A stretch of 64,000 bases of DNA from Eledone cirrhosa (taxonomy: Eukaryota). The position numbers and the translations under genes are program-made. The stretch spans positions 84,382,001 through 84,446,000 of the forward strand of contig OZ024746.1 of NCBI GenBank assembly GCA_964016885.1. The letters are read 5' to 3'. Positions 1 to 12,144 of this stretch are shown piece by piece; position 1 is the first letter of the stretch; each line of letters begins with the position of its first letter. A model generated the notes under the pieces. That model was not told where the DNA came from. It saw nothing but the letters and a program-made list of their open reading frames with translations, and made no database searches.

Positions 1-1971
1 AAAAAACAATGGTTTTGTCTTAAATAACAATAGTCCCATTATAACAGCCAGACAGCCTCGTTTTGAAAGTATACAAAATGAGAATATCATCATCATCATC
101 ATTTAATGCCTGTGCTCTCCGCTAGCAAGGGTCGGATGGATCGTTACAGACCAAATTGGTACACAAGCAGGCATCTGCATCTCGCATACATACATGCCTG
201 CACCCTACCAAGTGCTCAAATGGGCAGGGGGCCTGCATCTTGCTTACATATATTTCTGCACTCTACTGAGAGCATCTGATCATGTCACCAGCACTACTGA
301 GGTTAACATGTCTTAGACACAGCTAAACTAAAAAGTCCTCACAACACTTTGTTTGGTAGGTTTTTTTATGGCTGGATACCCTTCCTATCATCAACCTATT
401 TACAGAGCATACTAGGTGCATTTATATCTGAAGAAAATCTGAAATTCCACAATCAGTTCATTATTTGTGCCATACTGCTGAGAGCTTGAAAGTCTACCAA
501 CTGAGTTATATTCTAAGCTAAATTTGTTTTAAATATAATATATGGGTGCAGGCATGATTGTGGGGTTTAAGATATTTGTTCAGGAAGCATGTGCTCACAT
601 GTCTGATCTCATTGTGACACCTTAAGCAAGTATCATCTACCATAACCTTGAGTTGACTAATGTCTTGCAAATGAAATTTGATAGATGGAAATTTAGTAAA
701 ATCCTGTAATATATATGCATGCGTGTGTACTTGTGAGTGGGGGGAGGGGAAACATATCAGTGAAAATCAGTATATCAAACAAAAATATTTGATTGAGCTT
801 ATATGCCTTTATACCAACGGCTGAGGTATTTTATCAATCTTTATCAAATACTCTGTTGATATAATTAACTAACGTCATTGAAAGTGGTGTCTACCATTTT
901 ACAGTCTCTACAATTGAAGTTGGTGTTGAAAACATATCAAACCCTTAGTAAATCTTGTTTTAAGACTTCTTACTTGTGTTTGTGTCAATTCACTCAAGAT
1001 CAGTTGAGCTGTCTGCAGCCAGTGAATCCACAGCAGGGTGAACAGAGGCTGCCCATACATGATGATGCCAGATGTTTGGTGGTCCAGTTATTGTCAGCCA
1101 GTCATGATTTCAGCAGTGGGCACTATATATGCAAGGACCAGATATTAGCTTAAGATCCAACCTAATCATACCAATCAGGGCTCTGATGTAACTTCATCAC
1201 AAATGAGTTCAATTTGTGACCAGTGGAGTGTGTGACCAAACCAACAGAGGTGTCTTTTGAGAAGTAATTGCTACAAAGAATCAACCCAGCAGCAACAATG
1301 AATTTTGAAGTTGGACACAAAATCCAATGCACAAACATATAGGATTTGGCAAAGGCAAAAGTGGTCAAATACTTCCAGGTTGCAGATGATAAACTACAAC
1401 AGATTGATTTTACATTACCTACCCTCCTCTAAACCTAAGCAAACCATAGTCATTGCTGTAGTTGTTTAACTCCAGGTTAATCCTGGCACAATAAACAAAT
1501 CTAAGAATAAAGAAAGGTATCTACAGTCATGACCATCCCATATATTATTCAAGCATAGTATATCTAGGACTCATCATCAGCGTTTAACATCCACTTTCCC
1601 ATACTAGCATGGGTTAGACTAGATTATCTAATGTGTTCTTTATTTTAGGATAGTAGCAAGCAGTTTGATGGCAATATTGCTGCTATAGCTAGCATATCAA
1701 GCACATAAGAAAGAGACTCTTCCTTATGTTATGTAATATGAAATGGTTAAAAATCTTTACAATTTATATTATATTACATTTATTCTGGAATTGTCTCAGT
1801 CAGCAAGGAAGTACCAAGTGTTAGACTAAGCTGTGTTTGACAGCCTTCTACTGGCAGTTAAGTGGCTGCTTCCTTACCAGTGAATGTTGTGCAATACAAC
1901 TGGAGGTAAACAATTGCGGTTTGTCAACATAGACATTTGAATCAGCTAAATTTGACATTGAAAAATTGCCA

Positions 1972-2044
1972 GGTCACCTTAGTGTAGTGGTCGACAGTTG
2001 TCCAGTATTCAACAGATATGCAGTTTGATTCTTGCAAGCAGTTC
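1972..2044 (+). mobile_element. Degenerate tRNA-derived SINE head
   Basis: A-box-like TAGTGTAGTGG and B-box-like GTTTGATTC at tRNA spacing; a related copy lies on the minus strand at about 19281-19357; cloverleaf not intact. Confidence 0.4.
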
Positions 2045-2286
2045 TGACACTTTTTTCCATCAGATTCCATGTGTGAAAATATATTAATTAAGATTAAAAA
2101 CTTAACCAGTTATATATATATATATATATATATATATAGATTTTGAGTTTATGTTGGTTGTATACCAACACCTCAGTATGCAGGCTGGAGCACTCGACGA
2201 AGTGCGCAGGTTGGTTTGGTTACTCCGGAGTAGTGTAAAATAAAGTTAAATAAAAGTCAAATGATTAAAATTTAGCTTCGTTTATT

Positions 2287-2341
2287 ACTGCTATATATAT
2301 TTCAGTGACAGCCATCTTTGGCTGTGACCTCTTCAGGCAGT
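2287..2341 (-). ncRNA. Minimal type I hammerhead ribozyme (mirror copy)
   Basis: Exact reverse complement of 2539-2593; lies on the fem-1 pre-mRNA strand. Confidence 0.75.
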
Positions 2342-2538
2342 TTGAATTAGTATGGTATAGACAAGTACATATGTTGTTTAGGTGTATAATATTGTCAATA
2401 CTCTGATATGCCCAGTTCCTTGTTGGGTTGTTAATTCACAGTGAATTAACAACCCAACAAGGAACTGGGCATATCAGAGTATTGACAATATTATACACCT
2501 AAACAACATATGTACTTGTCTATACCATACTAATTCAA

Positions 2539-2593
2539 ACTGCCTGAAGAGGTCACAGCCAAAGATGGCTGTCACTGAAATATATATAGCAGT
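2539..2593 (+). ncRNA. Minimal type I hammerhead ribozyme (Penelope-like element type)
   Basis: Stem I ACTGC/GCAGT, core CTGAAGA (2544-2550), stem II GGTCACAGCCA-AAGA-TGGCTGTCACT, GAAA (2577-2580), short palindromic stem III ATATATAT, AUA cleavage triplet ending at 2588. Confidence 0.75.
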
Positions 2594-3368
2594 AATAAAC
2601 GAAGCTAAATTTTAACCATTTGACTTTTATTTAACTTTATTTTATATATATATATATATATATATAGATATATATGAGACCCACAAATGCAGAAGAAAAT
2701 TAAGTAAATTATCCTTAGAGACAGACAAAATGGATAGAGGTGCCAATATATATATATGTATATGTATGTGTGTCATGTTAGTGCATGAACATTGGAACAC
2801 AAGTGAGCTGAGAGAAAAGCTGAGTATATGAGGAATCATATGTAGTGTACATGAAAGACAATTGTGCTGGTACAGATATGTGATGCAGAAGGAAAGCGAC
2901 AGCTGTATAGAAGTAGGAACCTGTGAAAGCGGGAGACTATGAAAGACATGGGGCCAAAGATATGAAGAATGACCTCTAGAAACTGAACCTCATGATGGAG
3001 ATGACACAGAATTATATTGACAGGCAATTTGCGATGCTAGAAAAGACCTGCCCACTAGTAAAAGCACTACTAAGTTAAAAGTAAATTGCAGTGAGAGAAC
3101 GGAGACTTCATTCTTAACCTTGCAGTGAACTAAACTACCTCTCTAGTATTAGTGTCTCAATAAATTGCATGCAGTACACTCTGTAAAACTGGTAAAATGT
3201 ATCTTGTACCTGCTGTAAAGCGGTTGATGCTAGGAAAGATATCCAGTCGTAGAAGCCATGCAAAAATATGGAACATATCAGAAAGATGTGTTTCTCCAAA
3301 CCACTTAGTCTTACACTGTAACAATCCATCCAACCCAACCCAGTATGGAAGGCAGGTGTAAAATAATG

Positions 3369-3399
<31 letters not shown>

Positions 3400-4814
3400 T
3401 AATACCTCATTTATATCTTATTCAAAAGGAGGGTCTGACTCATGTGCTATGCAAAACTTCCGAGACTGGTGTGATCAATGAAATTTCTATTGAGTTTGAA
3501 TCTCTATAAGCCAATGTCTTCAGGAAGTGCATTGGCAGTGAAGGAATCCTAGGATGGAAACATTGGGTATAATGCTTAATACAAAGGTCAGGTAGTGAGA
3601 CATAACAGGGATAAATAGAAGAGAGGGGAGAAGTGTGTCTGATAGGCTATACATTTAGATAGTTTAATTGTACAGAAGCTGTTGTAGTTGTGGTAGAAAA
3701 TTCAGAAAGGAAGGACAGGGCATCTGTGGCCAAGAAATAAATGATTCTTTGTTGGTAAACATATGTGTACATTGTGGTGTGAATGTTAGAAATGAAAGAG
3801 GATGTATTTTGAGTGTGCAATGTGGTGTTGGAAACAAAGCAAGCAGAAAATATCAATGTTTTCTCCTTGAAAATACTGCTTACAGAATCATTTTAATTGA
3901 AGAGTTGTGGCTTAGAAAATTCTGCAAAATTAGTTGAGATCCTCTAGGCAAGAGACCAGAGGACTGATCACAGTTTGATAGACAAGACTTTGCAAGTTGT
4001 GCAATGAATATAGGTATCTTCAGATATGTAGATACTCATCTTGTAGGAATTAAGTAAGCAGGTAAAAACCACCCAGTTAGTGGAGGTGGAGGATTTTATT
4101 TTTCCAGATATTGTATGCAGCATGTTTCACATATACTGCAAAGGTCTTTAGGTTATGGATTTTTGTTGTTATATATAGGAACGAGCCTAAGAAGTTGGTC
4201 TTGGCACTTACTAAGTTGTCTCAGGTAGGTTAAGAATAAAGCAGATTCATTGCCAGTGATAGTATAAGATTTCATTAACAAATGACTACCCTTCTCTAAC
4301 TCCCACAGTGATACTATATATATATAGCCACCATTATTAAGAGCTTTAATTAATTGGATATACAATTAAGACTAAAATTGGTTCAGCTAATTCCTTATTT
4401 TCTGTCCACAGTGAAATTGTATTAAAAAAACAATCATATACAACAATCCAGTGTATTTAATAAGATTTTATTAATTTACACACACAATGTTGTCTAAAAT
4501 CTATGGGTTTATTCTGTAGTTTATATTATGGCACGTATATTAAATACAATAAGCATTTTAAGACCACTTTCCTTGCTAAAGTAATCATCACCGTTTGTCT
4601 ATTTTCCATGCTTGCATGGGTTAGAAGGGTTGTCACATACTGAGGTGACCATGTCTTACTCATACACTTTGTTTTGGGTTTGGTTTCTATGGCTGGATAC
4701 TCTTCCTAACACCAACCAATTTACAGCATGTATTGGGAGCATTTTATCATAACTGACACTAACACCTTACAGAGTGGACTGGGTGCTTTTTGCCATGGCA
4801 CCAATAATACCACC

Positions 4815-5150
4815 CTGAGAGGGTCGCGGGGGAAGAGTCTTCAAACACTCCTTCCAGCAGGTCCTGTCAGAAGCAACCATCTCCAACTGATTCAGCTGGA
4901 TCCCCAAGCAAGATAAGCCAAGCTCATGGATGCTATCCAACCATCTAGCTTGGGGTCTACCCCTGCGTTTCCTGCTGGTTGGTTTTGTCCATAAAATCTG
5001 TCCAGTGATTCTTTCCTGAGACATGCTAACCACATGCCCAAAGTATCAGAGCTGTGATCTCTCAATTCGTAGAAGTAGCGGCTCTACCTAGAGTGCCTCT
5101 CTGATCTCCGAGCTATGCACCCTATCGAGTTACGTTATTCCAAAGAGCCA
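4815..5150 (-). mobile_element. RTE-clade (Expander/Rex3-like) LINE 3' fragment
   Basis: Minus-strand translation with stops: VEPLLLRIERSQL*YFGHVVSM...RRGRPQARWLD...LPPRP, typical RTE ORF C-terminus. Confidence 0.85.
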
Positions 5151-5285
5151 GTGTCAAAAAAGTTACTACAGGGATAACTAGCTTGTGGCAACCAAGCATT
5201 CGGAGTGACATTGCTTTTTGATCCTTTGATTTTGGCTCTTCTTATCATTACAAAGCAGAATTCGCAAAGCGTTGGATTGTTCACC
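5151..5285 (+). pseudogene. Decayed 28S (LSU) rRNA fragment, domain V / peptidyl-transferase region
   Basis: Colinear with the conserved eukaryotic LSU sequence GTGTCAGAAAAGTTACCACAGGGATAACTGGCTTGTGGC...TTTTTGATCCTTCGATGTCGGCTCTTCCTATCATT...AAGCGTTGGATTGTTCACC, with many C>T and G>A changes. Confidence 0.92.
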
Positions 5286-6358
5286 TTCTGAAGTTAATAA
5301 AATAAATACCAGTCATAAAATTATACCTCTTCCTTGCCAATATATCTAGTCTTGTACCTATGTTGGAAATTATCTACAATATTATTCTGCAGTGAGCAAA
5401 ATTGGCTTTTTTTTAAATATATGTATACATATATAGATATACTATGTGTACCTAGTTTTTAAAATAGGTACAGCATATCCCTTTGTGTTGTAAGAAGTGA
5501 CTAAAAGGGTTGGCATCAAGAAAAATGATCCGGGTGTAAAATATTGTCTTAAAACATCTCATCCAATTCATGCCAGCAAGGAAAAGTGGATTAAAACACT
5601 GATGATAATATATCTAACATGGAAAATGCACATTAAATAATTGATAAGGCCAGCAATTATCTCAGTGTATTACTGGTACTTTATTTAATCGACCCCGTAA
5701 GGATGAAAGGCAAAGTTAAGATAATGATTATATATTCTTCAACAACATATGAAAACATTGCAAGCGCAATAAGGTGCCACAATTTTCAACCAGTTCAAAT
5801 CTTGAATAAAATCAACAAAATACATCAAATTAAACTATTTGGAATGTATTATTTTGGAATGTTCAATAAATAAACACATCAACATTTCAAGAGCAAAACA
5901 CTCGAATATTTCAAATATAAACTTAAGCAAATACATTTTTTTAAAGATACAGTAGTTCACCTCATATATTAGCATATTCTTGGGAGGGGTTGGTGAAAAA
6001 GTCTCCCTAACAATACCTATTGCAATTAAATGGAGCCCTAGAGGAAATTAATATCCAAAGACCTAGCACTTGCTAGACTAGTCTGGGTGAGCATCTAAGG
6101 GCTATATGCATGGATGGAGCCTGTTTGTCTGGGAAGATATCCAAGTACAGCACTTTCAAGTCTTAAAGGGCAGCTTTTTCCTTAGATTAAAAACATTTTT
6201 CCACAATAGATATAAAATGTTGGGGGTAGAATGAATACCTTGGTGTCTGGTAGAAAATCTTGGTCTGCGATCTCAATGACTGGACAGGTCACAACAGCAT
6301 GACCTTTCTTCTATGCATGATGGAGAATAGAAAGCTGTGGGAACAGCTGACTGCAATG

Positions 6359-7411
6359 TCTAGAGTGGCACCTCAATGACTGGCTGCACCAGTTGCATGT
6401 CAAGAGTGGCACCTCAATGACTGGCTGCACCAGTTGCACATCTAGAGTGGCACCTTAATGACTGGATGCACCAGTTGCATGTCTAGAGTGGTACCTCAAT
6501 GACTGGCTGCACCAGTTGCATGTCAAGAGTGGCACCTTAATGACTGGATGCACCAGTTGCATGTCTAGAGTGGCACCTCAATGACTGGCTGCACCAGTTG
6601 CACATCTAGAGTGGCACCTTAATGACTGGATGCACCAGTTGCATGTCTAGAGTGGTACCTCAATGACTGGCTGCACCAGTTGCATGTCAAGAGTGGCACC
6701 TTAATGACTGGATGCACCAGTTGCATGTCTAGAGTGGTACCTCAATGACTGGCTGCACCATTCAACATCTAGAGTGGCACCTCAATGACTGACTGCACCA
6801 GTTGCATGTCTAGAGTGGTACCTCAATGACTGGATGCACCAGTTGCATGTCAAGAGTGGCACCTTAATGACTGGATGCACCAGTTGCATGTCTAGAGTGG
6901 TACCTCAATGACTGGCTGCACCAGTTGCATGTCAAGAGTGGCACCTTAATGACTGGATGCACCAGTTGCATGTCTAGAGTGGTACCTCAATGACTGGATG
7001 CACCAGTTGCATGTCAAGAGTGGCACCTTAATGACTGGATGCACCAGTTGCATGTCTAGAGTGGTACCTCAATGACTGGCTGCACCATTCAACATCTAGA
7101 GTGGCACCTCAATGACTGACTGCACCAGTTGCATGTCTAGAGTGGTACCTCAATGACTGGATGCACCAGTTGCATGTCAAGAGTGGCACCTTAATGACTG
7201 GATGCACCAGTTGCATGTCAAGAGTGGTACCTCAATGACTGGCTGCACCATTCAACATCTAGAGTGGCACCTCAATGACTGGCTACACCAGTTACATGTC
7301 AACAGTGGCACCTCAATGACTGGTTGCACCAGTTGCAGGTCAACAGTGGCACCTCAATGACTGGCTACACCAGTTGCATGTTTAGAGTGGCACCTCAACG
7401 ACTGGTTCCAC
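6359..7411. repeat. 41-bp minisatellite, about 25 units
   Basis: Unit TC(T/A)AGAGTGG(C/T)ACCT(C/T)AATGACTGG(C/A)TGCACCAGTTGCATG; AGAGTGG recurs at 6362, 6403 and onward; no unique spacers. Confidence 0.97.
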
Positions 7412-8309
7412 CTGTCACAGGAACTTGGTAGTTGATGAGAAAGAGTACAATTCAATTACAGGTCATAGAAGTTTGGGACATTTACTAATGGAATTGGTTA
7501 TATTTTATTTTCCTTGAATGCAATTTGACAGACTGTTTATTGTTGTTTAGCCCTAGGTCATTTTTAATCAAATTGACCTATGATTGATTGATTTAAGATA
7601 TTCCAAGACAATACCATTTTCCTTGGGATCAAAACCATTTTTTCTATAAGGGTGAATTCAATTTAACTGTATGATTGGTTGAGCCCATTTCTTTTCCAGA
7701 CAAAATGTATTTAGAATTATCTTAGCGAATGTGAACTCCTTTTTTAAGACAGTTGGTGTGACTAAAGTAAATGGTTTACAGTACTGTAAACTTCATAGAA
7801 TTAGATAATGAAGTTGATAAATCTAGGAATCATCTTCATCATCATTTAATGTCCTTTTCCACAGCTAGCAAGAGTTGTGTATATGATTATTTTCTACTTT
7901 GCTATTGAATTACTATCCAGTATATACCACTACGATAGCAATGTAGAAATTTTTCATTTAACTGATTATTTAAATAGGTGTGCTAATTCAGTTATCAGGA
8001 AAAAACAACATCCCCTATTAAACTGGATCAGTAACTGCTCACTCACACTAAAAGGCTATTCAGGCTCTACAAAAGATCTTCCAATCTCATTGGTGCAGTT
8101 TTAGGTCATGAGAAAATGGGTTTTCCAAGGAACACTTGGAAAACTTACTAATGTAAGAGTTGCAGCGGTTGTGATAGCAGTGGGTAAACAAACAAATAGC
8201 AAACCAATTCAGTTTCTATATAGAATAGCTTTGTTTGGATTCTAGTGGTTGGATCCAAACAGTAGAATGTGGTGAGATACTTTTGGATGCTAGAGACTAT
8301 TTAATATTG

Positions 8310-8495
8310 CTATTGCTTAGCCCCATGTCAGCCATGATTGAGCATATATATAAATAAATGCATTCCAGCCATGACTGTCACGTCATTTTGCATATCCAAG
8401 ACTACTTTATCCAATGTACCCTTTTTAAAGTCGATATATTGTGATCTGAGAGATTTGGCTGTTGTTTCTAGCAGGTTAAGCGACCACATAGAAAT
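8310..8495 (+). mobile_element. Dispersed SINE-like repeat family (…GATTTGGCTGCTATTTCTAGC…), representative copy
   Basis: Related copies near 1460-1700, 16870-17040, 21560-21730, 21940-22100, 38175-38350, 40525-40745, 43725-43860. Confidence 0.6.
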
Positions 8496-9814
8496 TCATA
8501 TAAACTAGAAGCTATTAAGGTTGAAATCAAAACTTGAAATTAGAAGAAAGGGGGAAATAATGGAGAAGGTGGTCTCATCAACATAGTAGTATACAGGATA
8601 TGAGGGTATGTTAATGATGGAGTTGTAGGAAGAGGGTCGTATGTGGTGAAGAGGAGGGTGACAAGTCTTTGTGGAGAATCGAGTCAATGAGGTAATTGGA
8701 GCCTTCTTACATAGGCTGTTTTGGAGCAAACTACCAAATTCAATTATTCCACTCATTGTGTAGTACATGACCTGAGATTTTAGACAAATTTGATTCGAAG
8801 CTTGGCTGGTGTTTAGAGTAATGAGTGGTGTTTTCAAGCAAGTCACCATTAGTGTGTAATGTAGTAGATTACTCATGGACCTGGCTCTTGGTATAGTTGC
8901 CGTTGTTGACGAGTGACTGAGATTGGAGGTGTTTTAAGATCGTCATCTCCAAGACATTTGATACATGTGTGTTTGTGTATTGTTGTTGTTTTTGTCCAAC
9001 CCTAGTTCTTCATCGATCATCCCGTCTTTTTGTATACCAATATCATATCACCAAATAAAACTAGCGAGTAAAATGAATACACAAAGTTACAACTAAAAAG
9101 CTCACAATTTGGGGTGAGTAATTCCATCTGGACCAGACATTTTAATGTGCTGATAGTGAAGAATTTGTCTCATTTTGCGATTATAGATATGACTAAAAGA
9201 GAGTATGTTTATCGGGAGAGAGGTAGCGTTGAAGCTGGGGATATGACAACCATGCTGGCTTTTGCAGCAGGGGCATTGTTAACAGAGCCATCTAGGTTAA
9301 AGAGAGTAGGCTGAGGAGGTGACTCACCAAAATTGGTGAAGCTGCACTTGGGGAAAAAAACAGAATGCATGGCTGCAATTGGAGGAATAACTTGTTGATC
9401 GTGTATTTGGACAAAGGAATTTCATTTTCTTTTTTGTTCTCTTGGAAATATATACTTTTTTAAAGGCAGTTTATAACAACAAAAAAATATTTAGTATACA
9501 TACATATATATTATACATATAATGCTCTTATCATTCTTCACTTCCGACTAGTCACAAAAAGAAAAAATATATATCTAAAATGTAGCTTTCTGAAATTAAT
9601 AATAATTAGAACGGAAAGAGAAATTTAACTGCGTCATCTTAGTAACAATTAGGTAAACATTTACAAAATCAATACATAATAAAAGTTGCTAACTATAATA
9701 ATAATTGTTTCTAAAAACATTCAGCAAGAAATATCAACACTAGCACGATATCTGTTGCAACATTGAACGAGTAAAAATGTTTTGAATGTGATATGACGAG
9801 TGTGTGTATGTGAG

Positions 9815-9879
<65 letters not shown>

Positions 9880-9931
9880 CCTAGGCGAGTTGGGCTACAT
9901 GAAATAAGTCAATGCGGATAAACAAACATAC

Positions 9932-10472
9932 CTTTTAAACTCTTTCTATTAACATCAGCTCCTAATTTCAGTAAATATTCGGCAATATCTTTATGGCCTT
10001 TATAGCATGAGATCATGAGACAGGTATGGCCATGGCGATTAGCTATTTCTATATCGGCTTTATTGGCAACAAGATATTTCACAATTTCACTATGTCCATC
10101 GAAACAAGCTGCACGAAGAGGTGTGGAATTGGTAAAAGTTGTTTGATTTACTCCTGCACCTTTCTGAATGAGATACTGAACGATATCCAAGTGTCCAGCA
10201 GCCGCTGCACACCATAAAGGAGGAGCTCCTTCTATGGTCTCCCCATCGAAAATAACAGATCCGACTTGTTCCATGTCGGCATTGCATTCGCCAATTAGGT
10301 ATTTGACGACATCCAAGTGTCCATTACGGCAGGCCACGATCAAGGGAGTAGCCCCATTTGTTTTGGCCTTGACAAGTTTACATCGTTCCTCCATAGTCTT
10401 GGGATCCAAATGGGATTTTAGACGGGACAGTCTCCCGTCACGGGCTGCGTTATAGATACTCTTGGTCTCCAT
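9932..10472 (-). CDS. fem-1: Protein fem-1 homolog (FEM1A/C-like ankyrin-repeat CUL2 substrate receptor), first coding exon; remaining exons lie left of the window
   Basis: METKSIYNAARDG...FDGETIEGAPPLWCAAAAGHL...NSTPLRAACFDGH...NRHGHTCLMISCYKGH...NRKSLKG; phase-1 donor AAAG|GTATGT at 9931, the same position as the vertebrate FEM1C intron; 5'UTR acceptor TTTTTTTCCCCAG at 10566. Confidence 0.95.
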
Positions 10473-11988
10473 ACCTCCCGACCCGAGATTTCTGAGCAGG
10501 TGTCATTGATTGTTTGTATTCATCGAAGATATGGTGAAGGTGATGGTGAAGCTGAATGTATACAGCTGGGGAAAAAAAGAGTATTTTTTTTTTTTTTAAT
10601 GGAAAGTCCTTATTTTTACCTCCTACACGACCAACTTAGGAAGTACTCAAACGGTGTCTTAGTTGTAGTGACAACAGAGTTGGTGCCTGCCTAGCGATCG
10701 AGGATCGATTACGATCTATGACAACGTCATTTAGGAACTGGAGTAAGGGCTTTTGATGTCAGGCTATCCTTTAGGGATTATCAAGCAAATTGTAGCGAGC
10801 AGCAGCCGATACAGAAAGACGATAACGATGGATAAATGGATGATAAGAGGGGAGCCACAATCGAAATAAATATGGCGTGCAGTTTACATCCGCTAGATGA
10901 GATCCAAACGGAGGCTGCTGCTGCTACTGTTGTTGTTGCTGCTGATGTTGCTACTGCTGGTGTTCATGTTGTTATTGTTGCTGACATTCGTGTTGTTGTT
11001 GTGGTTGTAAACACTGTTATTGAATAATGGTAACTGGAATGTTGGGGCGTGAAAACCTTGAGATGTTTTAATGTTGATTTCTGTTTTTTTTTTTTTGTTT
11101 TTGTTTTGCTTTCTATTGATTTTTTTGTGTAGCAGTTTAGTCCATGTCAGACCCTATCAAGCAGACACCTGTACTGAAAGGCGTTCTAGCTATCTTTTTT
11201 ATATATTTAGAGACCATACCATCCAATGCATGAGCGTCGGATAAAATGTCTACGTGATATATTTGTGGCTCTTTACATTCTGAGTTCAAATCCTGCAGAG
11301 GTCAACTTTAATTTTCATTAATCCAGGGTCGATAAACTATATTATTTGTCAAGTACTGTTCGATTTTTATTCTTGTAATGCATCCTAGGGTGTAATTATA
11401 GAAATATTTGGTTTCGTTGTTATTTTCGTAGAGAAATAAAGTATAGTAAATGGAGTAATGTTTGCTCTGAAAGTGGTTCAATATTTCTATACCCCAAGTG
11501 GATGAGAGCTTTCTTATGCATCCAAGTTCACAAATTATTACATTCCATTATTTTCATATTAACTATTTCATTTGTTCTTTTCGTAGAAGTTCGAATTCTT
11601 CCTTCTAGTACTGCCCGAAAATAAAAACATTACTAGACTTGTCTCTTGTTTTTCCCCAGACAATTTTGATCGAACAAATTTAGGAAGTGGGGGAGGAAAC
11701 TAATGTCATTACCTTATTTAAGACCATCATACATGATTTCAGGAAAATTTAGTTGCTATTTCTAGTAAATATGTCTGTTGCTATTATAATAAGTCGTTAG
11801 AGCTCAGAAGTTCCTCTCTACTAATTAAGGCTTTTATAATAAGCTGATTCAACAGCCGAATTTCGCCCTCCTACTCTTATCTTTTTAATAAAATTTTTTT
11901 TTTTTTTTTACCATTCTTTTCTCCCTTTGAAAGTATAGAACCAGTTTTAAACTATGATAGAGTACTCTATACTTGGGATAGTCGACTC

Positions 11989-12053
<65 letters not shown>

Positions 12054-12070
12054 AAAGTATGTCCATAGAA

Positions 12071-12144
12071 ACATTTGATAAAATATATACATAATTTCCT
12101 ATATATATATATATAGGAAATTATGTATATATTTTATCAAATGT
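12071..12144. repeat. 74-bp perfect palindrome centred on (AT)n
   Basis: ACATTTGATAAAATATATACATAATTTCC-(TA)n-GGAAATTATGTATATATTTTATCAAATGT. Confidence 0.9.

Larger units (their letters stand above)
2236..2644. repeat. 409-bp near-perfect palindrome (204-bp arms, centre 2440), probably a Penelope-like element terminal repeat
   Basis: Arms are reverse complements around TTAATTCAC-A-GTGAATTAA; one mismatch seen (2264/2616); (TA)n tracts at 2112-2138 and immediately to the right; each arm carries a hammerhead motif. Confidence 0.95.

Noticed and set aside
5151-5285. Functional rRNA gene
   Set aside because: Only 135 bp, with substitutions at invariant positions
6359-7411. CRISPR-like array
   Set aside because: Contiguous 41-bp units without unique spacers, no cas genes, eukaryotic context; it is a minisatellite
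9305-9345. Hammerhead-like CTGAGGA-GGTGACTCACC-AAAA
   Set aside because: GAAA core mutated and no convincing stem I
9909-9931. C-terminal MFVYPH* of the 187-aa fem-1 ORF
   Set aside because: Read-through past the conserved GT donor at 9931; intronic
10836-11027. 63-aa Ala/Val-rich ORF as an NDUFAF6 first exon or membrane peptide
   Set aside because: Produced by a GCT/GTT trinucleotide repeat, ends in a stop with no in-frame donor; NDUFAF6 already has a fitting first coding exon
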